A stretch of 56,327 bases of DNA, taken from the NCBI GenBank assembly GCA_018830525.1, contig JAHJSH010000001.1:1-56327 (forward strand). The letters run 5' to 3'. Positions 47,079 to 54,771 of the stretch are shown piece after piece (the first letter of the stretch is position 1; every line of letters begins with the position of its first letter). The notes under the pieces were generated by a model. It saw only the letters and a list, made by a program, of their open reading frames with translations. It had not been told where the DNA came from and did not search any database. The DNA is from Nanobdellota archaeon (lineage in GTDB: Archaea; Nanobdellota; Nanobdellia; Pacearchaeales; GW2011-AR1). The position numbers and the translations under genes are program-made.

Positions 47079-47090
47079 TGACATATGTCA
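47079..47090. promoter_or_regulatory. Perfect 12-bp palindrome TGACATATGTCA about 72 nt upstream of the AbrB-NTase ATG (candidate operator)
   Basis: Read directly; overlaps a second palindrome, GTCATGAC. Confidence 0.35.
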
Positions 47091-47163
47091 CCAGGCCATA
47101 CACTAGAAGACCAAATAATACAAATAGTATAAAGATTAGTCTTGGTTCTAAGAATGATTACAA

Positions 47164-47919
47164 CTATTTACCCTTTGTAAAAATATACTGCAAACTTGCC
47201 TTTGAATAAATCTTTCTCAACCGATTTAACTCTCTCAAACTACAATCTTTTATTCCAATTTCCACACTTCTCTGACAAAATCTCAAAATCTCAAAATCAG
47301 AAAAATCTTCTCGCCCATAAACTTCTTTTTCAAACTGAATAAGCAAAAAAGGTTTGTAATCAAGTGATTTATAGAACTCAATCGAACTATCCAATGCCCC
47401 AACATTAATCTTGTCATACTTTTCAAACCCAATTTCCTCGAACTTTCCCATTAACATTTCCCCAAACTTTCTTCGCTGAAATCTACAATCCACAGCAATC
47501 TCGCTTATTAACAAATAGCCATCTCGAGGAAATCCGCAAATAACTCCAATAAGCTCATTATCCAAATAAATACCAATAAAAAACTCTGGAAATTCTTTAA
47601 ACTTCTCTTTCAAAAATTCAGAATCCCTAACCCTTTTAGCACCCAACTCTTCATCCAAAATTTTCATAGCTAAATAGAAATCCCTAAAAGGAATATTCCT
47701 AATCTCTAGACTTGTCAAAAAACCGACCTTCTTGAATTCCAAAAAAATTGCCTTCTCCACCTCATTCAATTCGTTCTCATTCACCCCACAAGAAAGCTTC
47801 TTCAGAAAAGGCTTATGTTCAAGAGCAAGTTTCAAATCAATTGACCTTTTACAATCCCGAACAAAAAAAGCCTTTCTATCCTTTCTCCACTTAACTTGTT
47901 TCTTCAAAGTTTCTATCAT
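47164..47919 (-). CDS. GNAT acetyltransferase domain fused to an uncharacterised roughly 100-aa N-terminal domain (possible peptide-binding/RRE-like)
   Basis: IGVICGFPRDGYLLISEIAVDCRFQRRKFGEMLM (GNAT motif A); ATGA overlap with the radical SAM gene. Confidence 0.6.
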   Translation of the reverse strand: MIETLKKQVKWRKDRKAFFVRDCKRSIDLKLALEHKPFLKKLSCGVNENELNEVEKAIFLEFKKVGFLTSLEIRNIPFRDFYLAMKILDEELGAKRVRDSEFLKEKFKEFPEFFIGIYLDNELIGVICGFPRDGYLLISEIAVDCRFQRRKFGEMLMGKFEEIGFEKYDKINVGALDSSIEFYKSLDYKPFLLIQFEKEVYGREDFSDFEILRFCQRSVEIGIKDCSLRELNRLRKIYSKASLQYIFTKGK

Positions 47920-49022
47920 TTTATATTAAGGTCGAACTCATTCTTTAATTTATCCCCATACTCTTTTAGTCTATCAAGTCCCAAAGCCCGTCCATTCCTT
48001 ATACAAAAAGGAGTTGGAGATTTTCCATCTCCAAAATATCTAAAACTTTGAGCCACACATTTATTACATTTTGACAACATCTTACAGCCGTCGCAACCTA
48101 CATTCATATACCCTCTAAATTTTTCAAAAACCTTGCCATCCCAAATTTCCTGAAGAGATTTATCTCGAATATTTTCAAATTTCATAAATTTTTCAGGAAT
48201 AATTACTCTCGATAAAGTACATGGAGAAACGGTTCCATCAGAATGAATCTCACAAAAATTAATCGCCGCCGCACAACTATAGGCAGATAATCCCTTTTGC
48301 CCCATCTCAACAGGCATATCGATTATCCTAATATTTATTTTGTTTTTTTTACCTTCATCACTAACGGATTCCCAAAAAGCATTATCATAATATTCATAAA
48401 ATTCTGAAATAAATTTATTAGCTTTTCCCCTCCCAATCGGAATAATTGGAGAAATAAACCAATCAATAGGGTTTATTTCTTTTATTAATTTTTGAAACTC
48501 TTCCATTTTCCGAATATTTTCCTTATGCAAGACAGTAGCAATAGAAATGGAAATATTCATTTTCTTAAAATAATAGATATTATTCATAGTAATATCAAAC
48601 ATAGTAGGATTATATTTCCTTTGGGAATCCAGTCTTATAAATCCATGAGATTCTCTGTCTGGACCATCCAAACTAATTTTTACACTAATTAAATATTCCT
48701 TATTGTCAACGATAAAATCCCGCATATCATCAGAAAATACTCCATTTGTAGTCAAAATAAAATACATTCCTTTCTTAGTAAGATAATCTATTAATTCCTT
48801 AAAGATTGGACTTTGAGTAACCTCTCCCCCCGAAAGTACCACATAAAAAACATTACACCTAATTAAATCATCAATAACCTCTTTCCATTCATCAATATTC
48901 AGTTCATCATCCCCCCTCCCCGAATAATCTCCAAAACAATGTTTACATCTAAGATTACATTTACTTGTTAGGTTTATGTAACAAGAATAGGGAGAAACAT
49001 AAACTTCGTTAGTGATATCCAT
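47916..49022 (-). CDS. Radical SAM enzyme with a SPASM domain
   Basis: LTSKCNLRCKHCFG (CX3CX2C), SGGEVT, CAAAINFCEIHSDGTVSPCTL, CDGCKMLSKCNKCVAQS. Confidence 0.85.
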   Translation of the reverse strand: MDITNEVYVSPYSCYINLTSKCNLRCKHCFGDYSGRGDDELNIDEWKEVIDDLIRCNVFYVVLSGGEVTQSPIFKELIDYLTKKGMYFILTTNGVFSDDMRDFIVDNKEYLISVKISLDGPDRESHGFIRLDSQRKYNPTMFDITMNNIYYFKKMNISISIATVLHKENIRKMEEFQKLIKEINPIDWFISPIIPIGRGKANKFISEFYEYYDNAFWESVSDEGKKNKINIRIIDMPVEMGQKGLSAYSCAAAINFCEIHSDGTVSPCTLSRVIIPEKFMKFENIRDKSLQEIWDGKVFEKFRGYMNVGCDGCKMLSKCNKCVAQSFRYFGDGKSPTPFCIRNGRALGLDRLKEYGDKLKNEFDLNIK

Positions 49023-49042
49023 TTTAGATTAATAAATTACAA

Positions 49043-49219
49043 CTAGTATTGATTCTGTCCACAAGGCATAATATCATTCTTTGTCAAGTAAACAAGTCCA
49101 CCGGACTCATTTCCAAAACCTGCTTCTCCACGGAGATAATCCTCGAAGATTCTTTGAGAAACCCCAATTGTCCCTGGAGAAATAGTGCTATAACCTATGT
49201 TCTTAGTCCTATCAACCAT
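49043..49219 (-). CDS. 58-aa peptide, candidate RiPP precursor for the adjacent radical SAM/SPASM enzyme
   Basis: MVDRTKNIGYSTISPGTIGVSQRIFEDYLRGEAGFGNESGGLVYLTKNDIMPCGQNQY. ATG 49219 is exactly 21 nt from TTTATAAA (49241..49248); the stop is 20 nt before the radical SAM ATG. The ORF-track version uses an upstream TTG. Confidence 0.5.
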   Translation of the reverse strand: MVDRTKNIGYSTISPGTIGVSQRIFEDYLRGEAGFGNESGGLVYLTKNDIMPCGQNQY

Positions 49220-49240
49220 AATAATATCACAAAACCATAT

Positions 49241-49248
49241 TTTATAAA
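49241..49248 (-). promoter_or_regulatory. TATA box TTTATAAA 21 nt upstream of ATG 49219
   Basis: Read directly. Confidence 0.5.
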
Positions 49249-49290
49249 TATTATGGCAATCCCATAAATTTTTTAAGACCCGTAACAAAT

Positions 49291-51666
49291 CTAAGGCATG
49301 AACTCTACATCCAACTCAGCCCAATTCCTTCCTGCCTGTATGAAATTCTTGAAGAACTTATAAGACTTTGGCTCAGTCCCAACATGGTTAAAGTTAATCA
49401 ACCCGTCGCTGAATCTCCAAGAGAAATACAATCCAGTAACACCAACCGGAGTACAACCCACATTAGCAACACATATCAATCCACTCGAAGTGCTCGCATC
49501 AAACTCAACATTACTCCACGGAATATTCGATAAATCCTCGGGCTTAGTAATACATGCCGCAGCATAATTCGCCGTAATTGTCGGATCAACAACCATAACA
49601 TTCGCACGCTTCTTCAAAGAACCCCCCCGCAGGTCCTCTACATAAACAATAATCTGATAGTTCCCGGGTACAGAATACAAGTGGAGATATCGATTCGTCT
49701 CACTAGCAAGAGTCGTAGAATTAGTCCCATCCCCGAAATCAACATAGCCTCGAACCAGTCCGTCGTTGTGACCCACCGAAACATTAAACCCGAAACTATC
49801 TGTTATATTAAAGAAATTCCCACACCCAATATCCGTAACATCAATATCTGGAAAATGTGGGTCACAATCAAATTCGAAATCCAAATTCAATAGCTGTGTT
49901 TTTGTTTGGGGGAGCACCGTAACAAAATTATAACCATCATCATATTTCAAAAACACATCAGTAGAAAAATCAAAAGTAATCCTTCCAGTATCCTCACATT
50001 CATCAGCAAAAGGAAGTTCAGAGAAAGGAACATGTGAAAGGACCTCTGTCGTATTCATCAGACCATTAATAGTTACTTGTCGCATTTCCCCCTCCTCAAT
50101 CCTTACCGGACAATTAGCACAACTACCACTAAAATTAAGAGAATTCGCGATTCCAGCATCCGTAATATTCACCGCCCCAATCCCAGTATTAGTAACATCA
50201 TAATCCGCAGTAAAAGAAATCCCATCCTGAACTAACCCAGACCTTACAAAACTAATATCCGGGCTAACAACCTTAATATCATAATCTTCTAAAGGAACCC
50301 AGCCATCTCTCCTTTGCCAAGGATTACTGCCACCCATACTACCAAGACTACACAAGGTAGATCTATCCTGATTACTCTCTGTCAAATCTGGACAAATATA
50401 ATCGGGAGAATCACAAATCGCATTAACCATATCCATCTTAACATTATTACTTCCCGGAACAACAAAGTCTCCCAACTTAAGCCAGTCAGCCTGACTTGCA
50501 GTTAACGCAAGATTACAACCCGCAGGCAAATACCCAACATCACTCACTCCAGGACCATCCCCCACATAAGAATCCCGATCCACAGTCGTACCAATATCAC
50601 AACTAGGCATACTATCATAATTAGCATTTATACCACCAGCCGAACCCCATGCAACAAATCCCTGACGAATCCCATAAGGAACTCCATTACTACATTGAAC
50701 ACTAATTGCGTTAATTCCAGTAATCCTCACCTCAGTTCCGGGAGCGACGACATAACCTCCTAAGGGATTAGATTTTAATTCTCCGGGCGCAATCGCCGTA
50801 GGACTATTATAATAGACAGTAGTAATCGCACCCGCAGCATCTACCTGTGCAGCCCCTGCATGACTGCAGGGGGTATTAGTACTACAAGAAGGTTCAACGA
50901 CAAAAGCTGGAGAGATCTCCACATTATAGAAATCTCCATCAATAGTATATTTAGCTCTCAAGGAATAAGTTCCAGTTCCAACATCCACATTCGCACCACA
51001 CCGAGTCTTTCCAGGTAAATCCCATCCCGTAACTCCATTTTCAACAGTACATTCATCACCTAGAATAGCATTATTCGGAGTAAGTTTAGTAGCTCCCAAA
51101 TAAAATTCAATATCTATATTTTTATAATCCGGATCATCCCGGTCTCCACAATTCATAATTGTCTCTATAGGAATAGAAGAAAGCGGACATGAACTAGTAA
51201 CCGGCGCTACAAAGCCAATTGGACTACTACCAGGACTAACAGAACTACAACACTCATCAAAAATACAATCTCCACTACAATCCTTATCCCTCCTACAGTA
51301 CTCCCCCTCATCGCCATCTATATCTCCCGTATTATAGGTTAAGGTAAAGTTATCGATATCACCAGTAAAAGTTATCTGATTATCTCCCCGCCAATACCAA
51401 CTAGGCCAACTAAATGCCCAACTGTCCCTAAAATCTCCTACAGATAAAGAACTCGTTGAATTACAAAATCCCTGGTCGTTACCATTTAAACTTACTCGAC
51501 ATCCAAGACTTGCATTCTCAATCACAATTGAATTACTATTAACATTCTCACTCTCCTCAACATCAAAATTTGTATTCCCAGTTCCGAAAACAGTGTAAGT
51601 CGCAGCAACAACCGCCGGAGCTAACAACAAAACTGCAAGAACCACAACAATTATTTTTTTATCCAT
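49291..51666 (-). CDS. Large secreted Cys-rich surface protein with a PKD-like domain
   Basis: Signal peptide MDKKIIVVVLAVLLLAPAVVAA; GYVDFGDGTNSTT...YSVPGNYQIIVYVEDLRG (PKD-like); 8-nt overlap with the upstream gene. Confidence 0.6.
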   Translation of the reverse strand: MDKKIIVVVLAVLLLAPAVVAATYTVFGTGNTNFDVEESENVNSNSIVIENASLGCRVSLNGNDQGFCNSTSSLSVGDFRDSWAFSWPSWYWRGDNQITFTGDIDNFTLTYNTGDIDGDEGEYCRRDKDCSGDCIFDECCSSVSPGSSPIGFVAPVTSSCPLSSIPIETIMNCGDRDDPDYKNIDIEFYLGATKLTPNNAILGDECTVENGVTGWDLPGKTRCGANVDVGTGTYSLRAKYTIDGDFYNVEISPAFVVEPSCSTNTPCSHAGAAQVDAAGAITTVYYNSPTAIAPGELKSNPLGGYVVAPGTEVRITGINAISVQCSNGVPYGIRQGFVAWGSAGGINANYDSMPSCDIGTTVDRDSYVGDGPGVSDVGYLPAGCNLALTASQADWLKLGDFVVPGSNNVKMDMVNAICDSPDYICPDLTESNQDRSTLCSLGSMGGSNPWQRRDGWVPLEDYDIKVVSPDISFVRSGLVQDGISFTADYDVTNTGIGAVNITDAGIANSLNFSGSCANCPVRIEEGEMRQVTINGLMNTTEVLSHVPFSELPFADECEDTGRITFDFSTDVFLKYDDGYNFVTVLPQTKTQLLNLDFEFDCDPHFPDIDVTDIGCGNFFNITDSFGFNVSVGHNDGLVRGYVDFGDGTNSTTLASETNRYLHLYSVPGNYQIIVYVEDLRGGSLKKRANVMVVDPTITANYAAACITKPEDLSNIPWSNVEFDASTSSGLICVANVGCTPVGVTGLYFSWRFSDGLINFNHVGTEPKSYKFFKNFIQAGRNWAELDVEFMP

Positions 51667-53245
51667 ATTGTTTTAGCTTCCTCCGATTTTTAGCGGCGAC
51701 GACGATTATCACAATAGTGACCACAACAATTATAATTCCAGCCAAGATAACATATAACCAAATATCCCTCGAGACACCGAAAAGAATCATATCACTATTG
51801 ACCTCGAAATTAAAATCTTGATTCGTCCCCATATCCTGCACCAAGATATCATATTTTTTCCCATTCCCGACGTCAAATACTAAATCTAAACAATTATCCA
51901 CCACCTGCCTTTTCTGCACAACTATCAAAGTACCTTGTTTTACTGAAATAAATAACTCTGATTCAAGAGGCTCATCAGTAATACCATCATAAACACAAAC
52001 AGTACCTTCAAACTTCTCCCCCATCGAGGACTCTTCTAATTTAACATCATGAATCGAACTAGGAAAATTATTTGCATCAGTAACATAACAATATTCCTCG
52101 TATAACTCATTTGTTTTAGAATTTATTAGCTTCGCACAAGTTTCAAATTTATATAACTTTCCAGCTACGGCCAATTTAAAATCAATCTCCTCAAAGAAAT
52201 TATTAACATCCATATTTCCAATAATTTGGGTCTTTGTTCCAACAACCTTGTCTCCGACTAAATCAGTAACAGTCACTGTTAGAAAAATATCCTCAGTAAC
52301 CGGAAAAGTATAATGGTCTGGAGAACCACCGACTAAAATACTAACTGTCATTTCCTCATCGTTATAATAATAATTGTCTGTAGAAAGTTGTCTCACTTTA
52401 GCCATTGCCCCTTGAGAAACAACCCTACTCCTATATAAAGAAACTAGACCATCAAAATCTATTAACTCAATTCTAATCGCATAAGCATCCGGACTATCTG
52501 GAACTTTCAACCCGACCAGAATCAATTGTTCTCCGGCAACCAAACTCACACTTTTAGTTTTACTCGAAATTAAATCACAAATACTATCTTGCCAATCACA
52601 AATGCTAACTTCCAATGTAGCGCCCTGAGCTTTCTCAGAATCAACATAAACATCTAAAGTAAAATCCTCGCCAGGATTTATTCCAACCCCAATAGGACCC
52701 GTTTGATTATTAATACTTGTCTTTGTCCTTACAATGTTCGCATACGGAAAACTTCCCGCACCAGTTACTTCAAAAGTTTGATACTTACTTGAAACTAAAA
52801 TATGAGGCATTCCGATAATCGGAGTTTTCTTAGTTCTAAACGCAAAATCCATTCGATAAGTTCCCGAGCCCAAGTCTTCCCTCAAAGCATAAGAAAAAGG
52901 CACATCAACATTAGAATTCGCCGGAACATTAATCCCCCCAATCACTACTTCTCCAAAAATATTATCACAATCGGAAAATTGAGAGGGATAAGTTGGTGCT
53001 TCACATCCCTTCAAAACTTCAATAACCAAAAACCCATCGACAATTGGAAAATCTTCTCGATTATAAATCGTAATCACTTCATCAATAACATCTCCCACAT
53101 TATAAGTTTCCAGAAGATCAACATCGATATCTGCCTTATAAAAAATACTTATTTCCTCATCAGATACGGCAGCAAAAACACTCACACTAATTAAATTTAC
53201 AAATAAGAAACACAGAACAAACATCCCAACCACTCCCTTTTTCAT
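51659..53245 (-). CDS. Secreted surface protein with a C-terminal TM anchor
   Basis: Signal peptide MKKGVVGMFVLCFLFVNLISVSVFA; C-terminal IWLYVILAGIIIVVVTIVIIVVAAKNRRK; TTTATAAA 53267..53274 lies 21 nt upstream. Confidence 0.6.
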   Translation of the reverse strand: MKKGVVGMFVLCFLFVNLISVSVFAAVSDEEISIFYKADIDVDLLETYNVGDVIDEVITIYNREDFPIVDGFLVIEVLKGCEAPTYPSQFSDCDNIFGEVVIGGINVPANSNVDVPFSYALREDLGSGTYRMDFAFRTKKTPIIGMPHILVSSKYQTFEVTGAGSFPYANIVRTKTSINNQTGPIGVGINPGEDFTLDVYVDSEKAQGATLEVSICDWQDSICDLISSKTKSVSLVAGEQLILVGLKVPDSPDAYAIRIELIDFDGLVSLYRSRVVSQGAMAKVRQLSTDNYYYNDEEMTVSILVGGSPDHYTFPVTEDIFLTVTVTDLVGDKVVGTKTQIIGNMDVNNFFEEIDFKLAVAGKLYKFETCAKLINSKTNELYEEYCYVTDANNFPSSIHDVKLEESSMGEKFEGTVCVYDGITDEPLESELFISVKQGTLIVVQKRQVVDNCLDLVFDVGNGKKYDILVQDMGTNQDFNFEVNSDMILFGVSRDIWLYVILAGIIIVVVTIVIIVVAAKNRRKLKQYG

Positions 53246-53266
53246 ATCTACTTTAGAAAAAACAAC

Positions 53267-53274
53267 TTTATAAA
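53267..53274 (-). promoter_or_regulatory. TATA box TTTATAAA 21 nt upstream of ATG 53245
   Basis: Read directly. Confidence 0.5.
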
Positions 53275-53342
53275 ATTACCCATAACCCTACTCTGTATAA
53301 TTAACGGGTGCTATTTTTAAAAAATTATAATGGAGGTTAAAA

Positions 53343-53450
53343 ATGAACTTAAATAAAAAAACTTGTTATACTAAGAAGGAAGAAATATTAATGTTAATAG
53401 CAATGGTGTTAATTTTTATAGGGGGAATATTGATAGGTTCAGGATTTTGA
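53343..53450 (+). CDS. Possible 35-aa membrane peptide
   Basis: GGAGG 5 nt upstream; MNLNKKTCYTKKEEILMLIAMVLIFIGGILIGSGF; its 3' end converges on the 72-aa ORF. Confidence 0.2.
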   Translation: MNLNKKTCYTKKEEILMLIAMVLIFIGGILIGSGF

Positions 53451-53657
53451 TTTTAATATAACAGCACCTATAATAGCTATTATAGAACCCAACATTATCT
53501 TAACTAAAAAAGACAATGAAAAAATACATTTATTTATTCCTACAATATCATATGGAGCTCCACCATTACCTATACAGGATAAAAACGGATATGTAGCAAT
53601 AATTAATCCTACAATAAAAACACCAAATCCAAATAAAGAAAACCCTTTTTTATTCAT
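53439..53657 (-). CDS. Small (72 aa) two-TM membrane protein
   Basis: ORF with hydrophobic segments. Confidence 0.35.
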   Translation of the reverse strand: MNKKGFSLFGFGVFIVGLIIATYPFLSCIGNGGAPYDIVGINKCIFSLSFLVKIMLGSIIAIIGAVILKSKS

Positions 53658-53676
53658 ATAGTTACATTATTTTTAA

Positions 53677-54408
53677 CTATTTAATACTTGCTAATCCTAT
53701 TAAGTCCATCCATCTATTAGGATTCTTTAATTTAATATCTGTTGCCAATTCAAAAGGAGAACAATTAATCCCTTGATGTTTTCTAATGAAGTTATAATAA
53801 ACAACAAATCCTTTTAAGATAGCGTCGGCACTTTCTACACTTCCGTAAAAGCCACGCATTATTTTAGTCCTATCTCTTACGTTGTTATGGAATCTCTCAA
53901 TAGGGACGTTAAAGCCCTGTCCTTTTGAAGCATTAACAATATTATGAAAAACATTAAACTTTCTTTCTTTATTATTCCAACCAAATATTTTTTTAACACA
54001 CCGAGGATATACACGATGACCATCGGAAGTTATCGTTGTTATGCTTCCTTTTGTTTTGTATTTTGCTAAACTCAAAACTTCTTTTATTTCTTCTTGTCCT
54101 CTTGAAACTCTAAAACTTGAAGCTACAACAAAACGAGTTTTACTATCAATAGAATCAATTAACCAATTTTGATTTCCCAACCTATTATGAGATTGTTCAT
54201 CAATTTGTAATTCTGCTCCGACTTCTAATTTTAATCCATCTGCAAATTTGCTTATCTTCTTAGAGTATTTGATAACCCAATTATACACCGTCATATTTGT
54301 GCAGTTGTGAGGGAAGAACGCTTTAAGATGTGCTTGGACTTTTCTTGTGCTTAGTCCACCGAAGAATAAATCTATACTTGCGGTTATCTTCTTTGGGTGG
54401 TTTCTCAT
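53677..54408 (-). CDS. IS6-family-like DDE transposase, catalytic portion
   Basis: HTH-like ITASIDLFFGGLSTRKVQAHL...TVYNWVIKY; DDE candidates QIDEQ, ITSDGHRVY, PIERFHNNVRDRTKIMRGF. Confidence 0.7.
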   Translation of the reverse strand: MRNHPKKITASIDLFFGGLSTRKVQAHLKAFFPHNCTNMTVYNWVIKYSKKISKFADGLKLEVGAELQIDEQSHNRLGNQNWLIDSIDSKTRFVVASSFRVSRGQEEIKEVLSLAKYKTKGSITTITSDGHRVYPRCVKKIFGWNNKERKFNVFHNIVNASKGQGFNVPIERFHNNVRDRTKIMRGFYGSVESADAILKGFVVYYNFIRKHQGINCSPFELATDIKLKNPNRWMDLIGLASIK

Positions 54409-54566
54409 TCTAAAGAAGCCATCATCCTTTGTAAATCGCTTATTACAAGAATTGCATTTATATCTCTGAATTTTTCCCCTATTCTGTGTTTGACGAGAGC
54501 CATTTTTTTTTTGATGTTCTCGGTCTTACAATTAGGGCATATTGTTTTCTTATTAACGTTTATCAT
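54405..54566 (-). CDS. N-terminal zinc-finger segment of the same transposase, in a different frame after an A10 run
   Basis: MINVNKKTICPNCKTENIKKK. ATG 54566 is 21 nt from the TATA-like box 54588..54595. A -1 shift in the A10 run (plus-strand T10 at 54503..54512) gives NGSRQTQNRGKIQRYKCNSCNKRFTKDDGFFRMRNHPKK, continuous with the 243-aa ORF. Confidence 0.6.
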   Translation of the reverse strand: MINVNKKTICPNCKTENIKKKMALVKHRIGEKFRDINAILVISDLQRMMASLE

Positions 54567-54771
54567 ATAATATATTAATAAACAGACTATATAAAGCTTT
54601 CTATTCATAATAACATAATTTAATAAATACGTTAATATGTATAAATATATAGTATGTATGTGTTACATATTTATTCTGATATTAACACATTATTAATTAT
54701 GTGATAGCTAAACTTTGTCTAATATCGCAAAAACCAAAAGATATAAATACTAAGTTTTATAACAACATATT

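Larger units (their letters stand above)
53677..54608 (-). mobile_element. IS6-like insertion sequence (transposase region only; termini not identified)
   Basis: Transposase homology; inverted repeats could not be found by eye in the AT-rich flanks. Confidence 0.55.

Noticed and set aside
38872-49022. The radical SAM/SPASM enzymes as anaerobic sulfatase-maturating enzymes for the sulfatase-fold protein at 285..2108
   Set aside because: The sulfatase-fold protein lacks the C/S-x-P-x-R target motif and lies 36-47 kb away. Both rSAM genes have small peptide ORFs immediately upstream instead.
49220-49288. Upstream TTG-initiated extension of the small ORF (81-aa version in the track)
   Set aside because: The extension would contain the TTTATAAA box at 49241..49248. 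The ATG at 49219 fits the recurrent N21 promoter spacing.
368-53194. Many 60-130-aa ORFs nested in or antisense to long genes (for example 368..610, 1180..1446, 2184..2516, 6527..6799, 16877..17197, 18018..18380, 26820..27194, 27436..27711, 33322..33642, 43493..43807, 52802..53194)
   Set aside because: They overlap well-supported longer CDSs, have low-complexity or atypical composition and carry no recognisable motifs. They are expected by chance in AT-rich DNA.
53600-54700. Terminal inverted repeats and target duplication of the IS6-like element
   Set aside because: Only short AT-rich direct matches (for example GTTACAT near 53661 and 54660) were found by eye, and none is convincing. The ends are left undefined.
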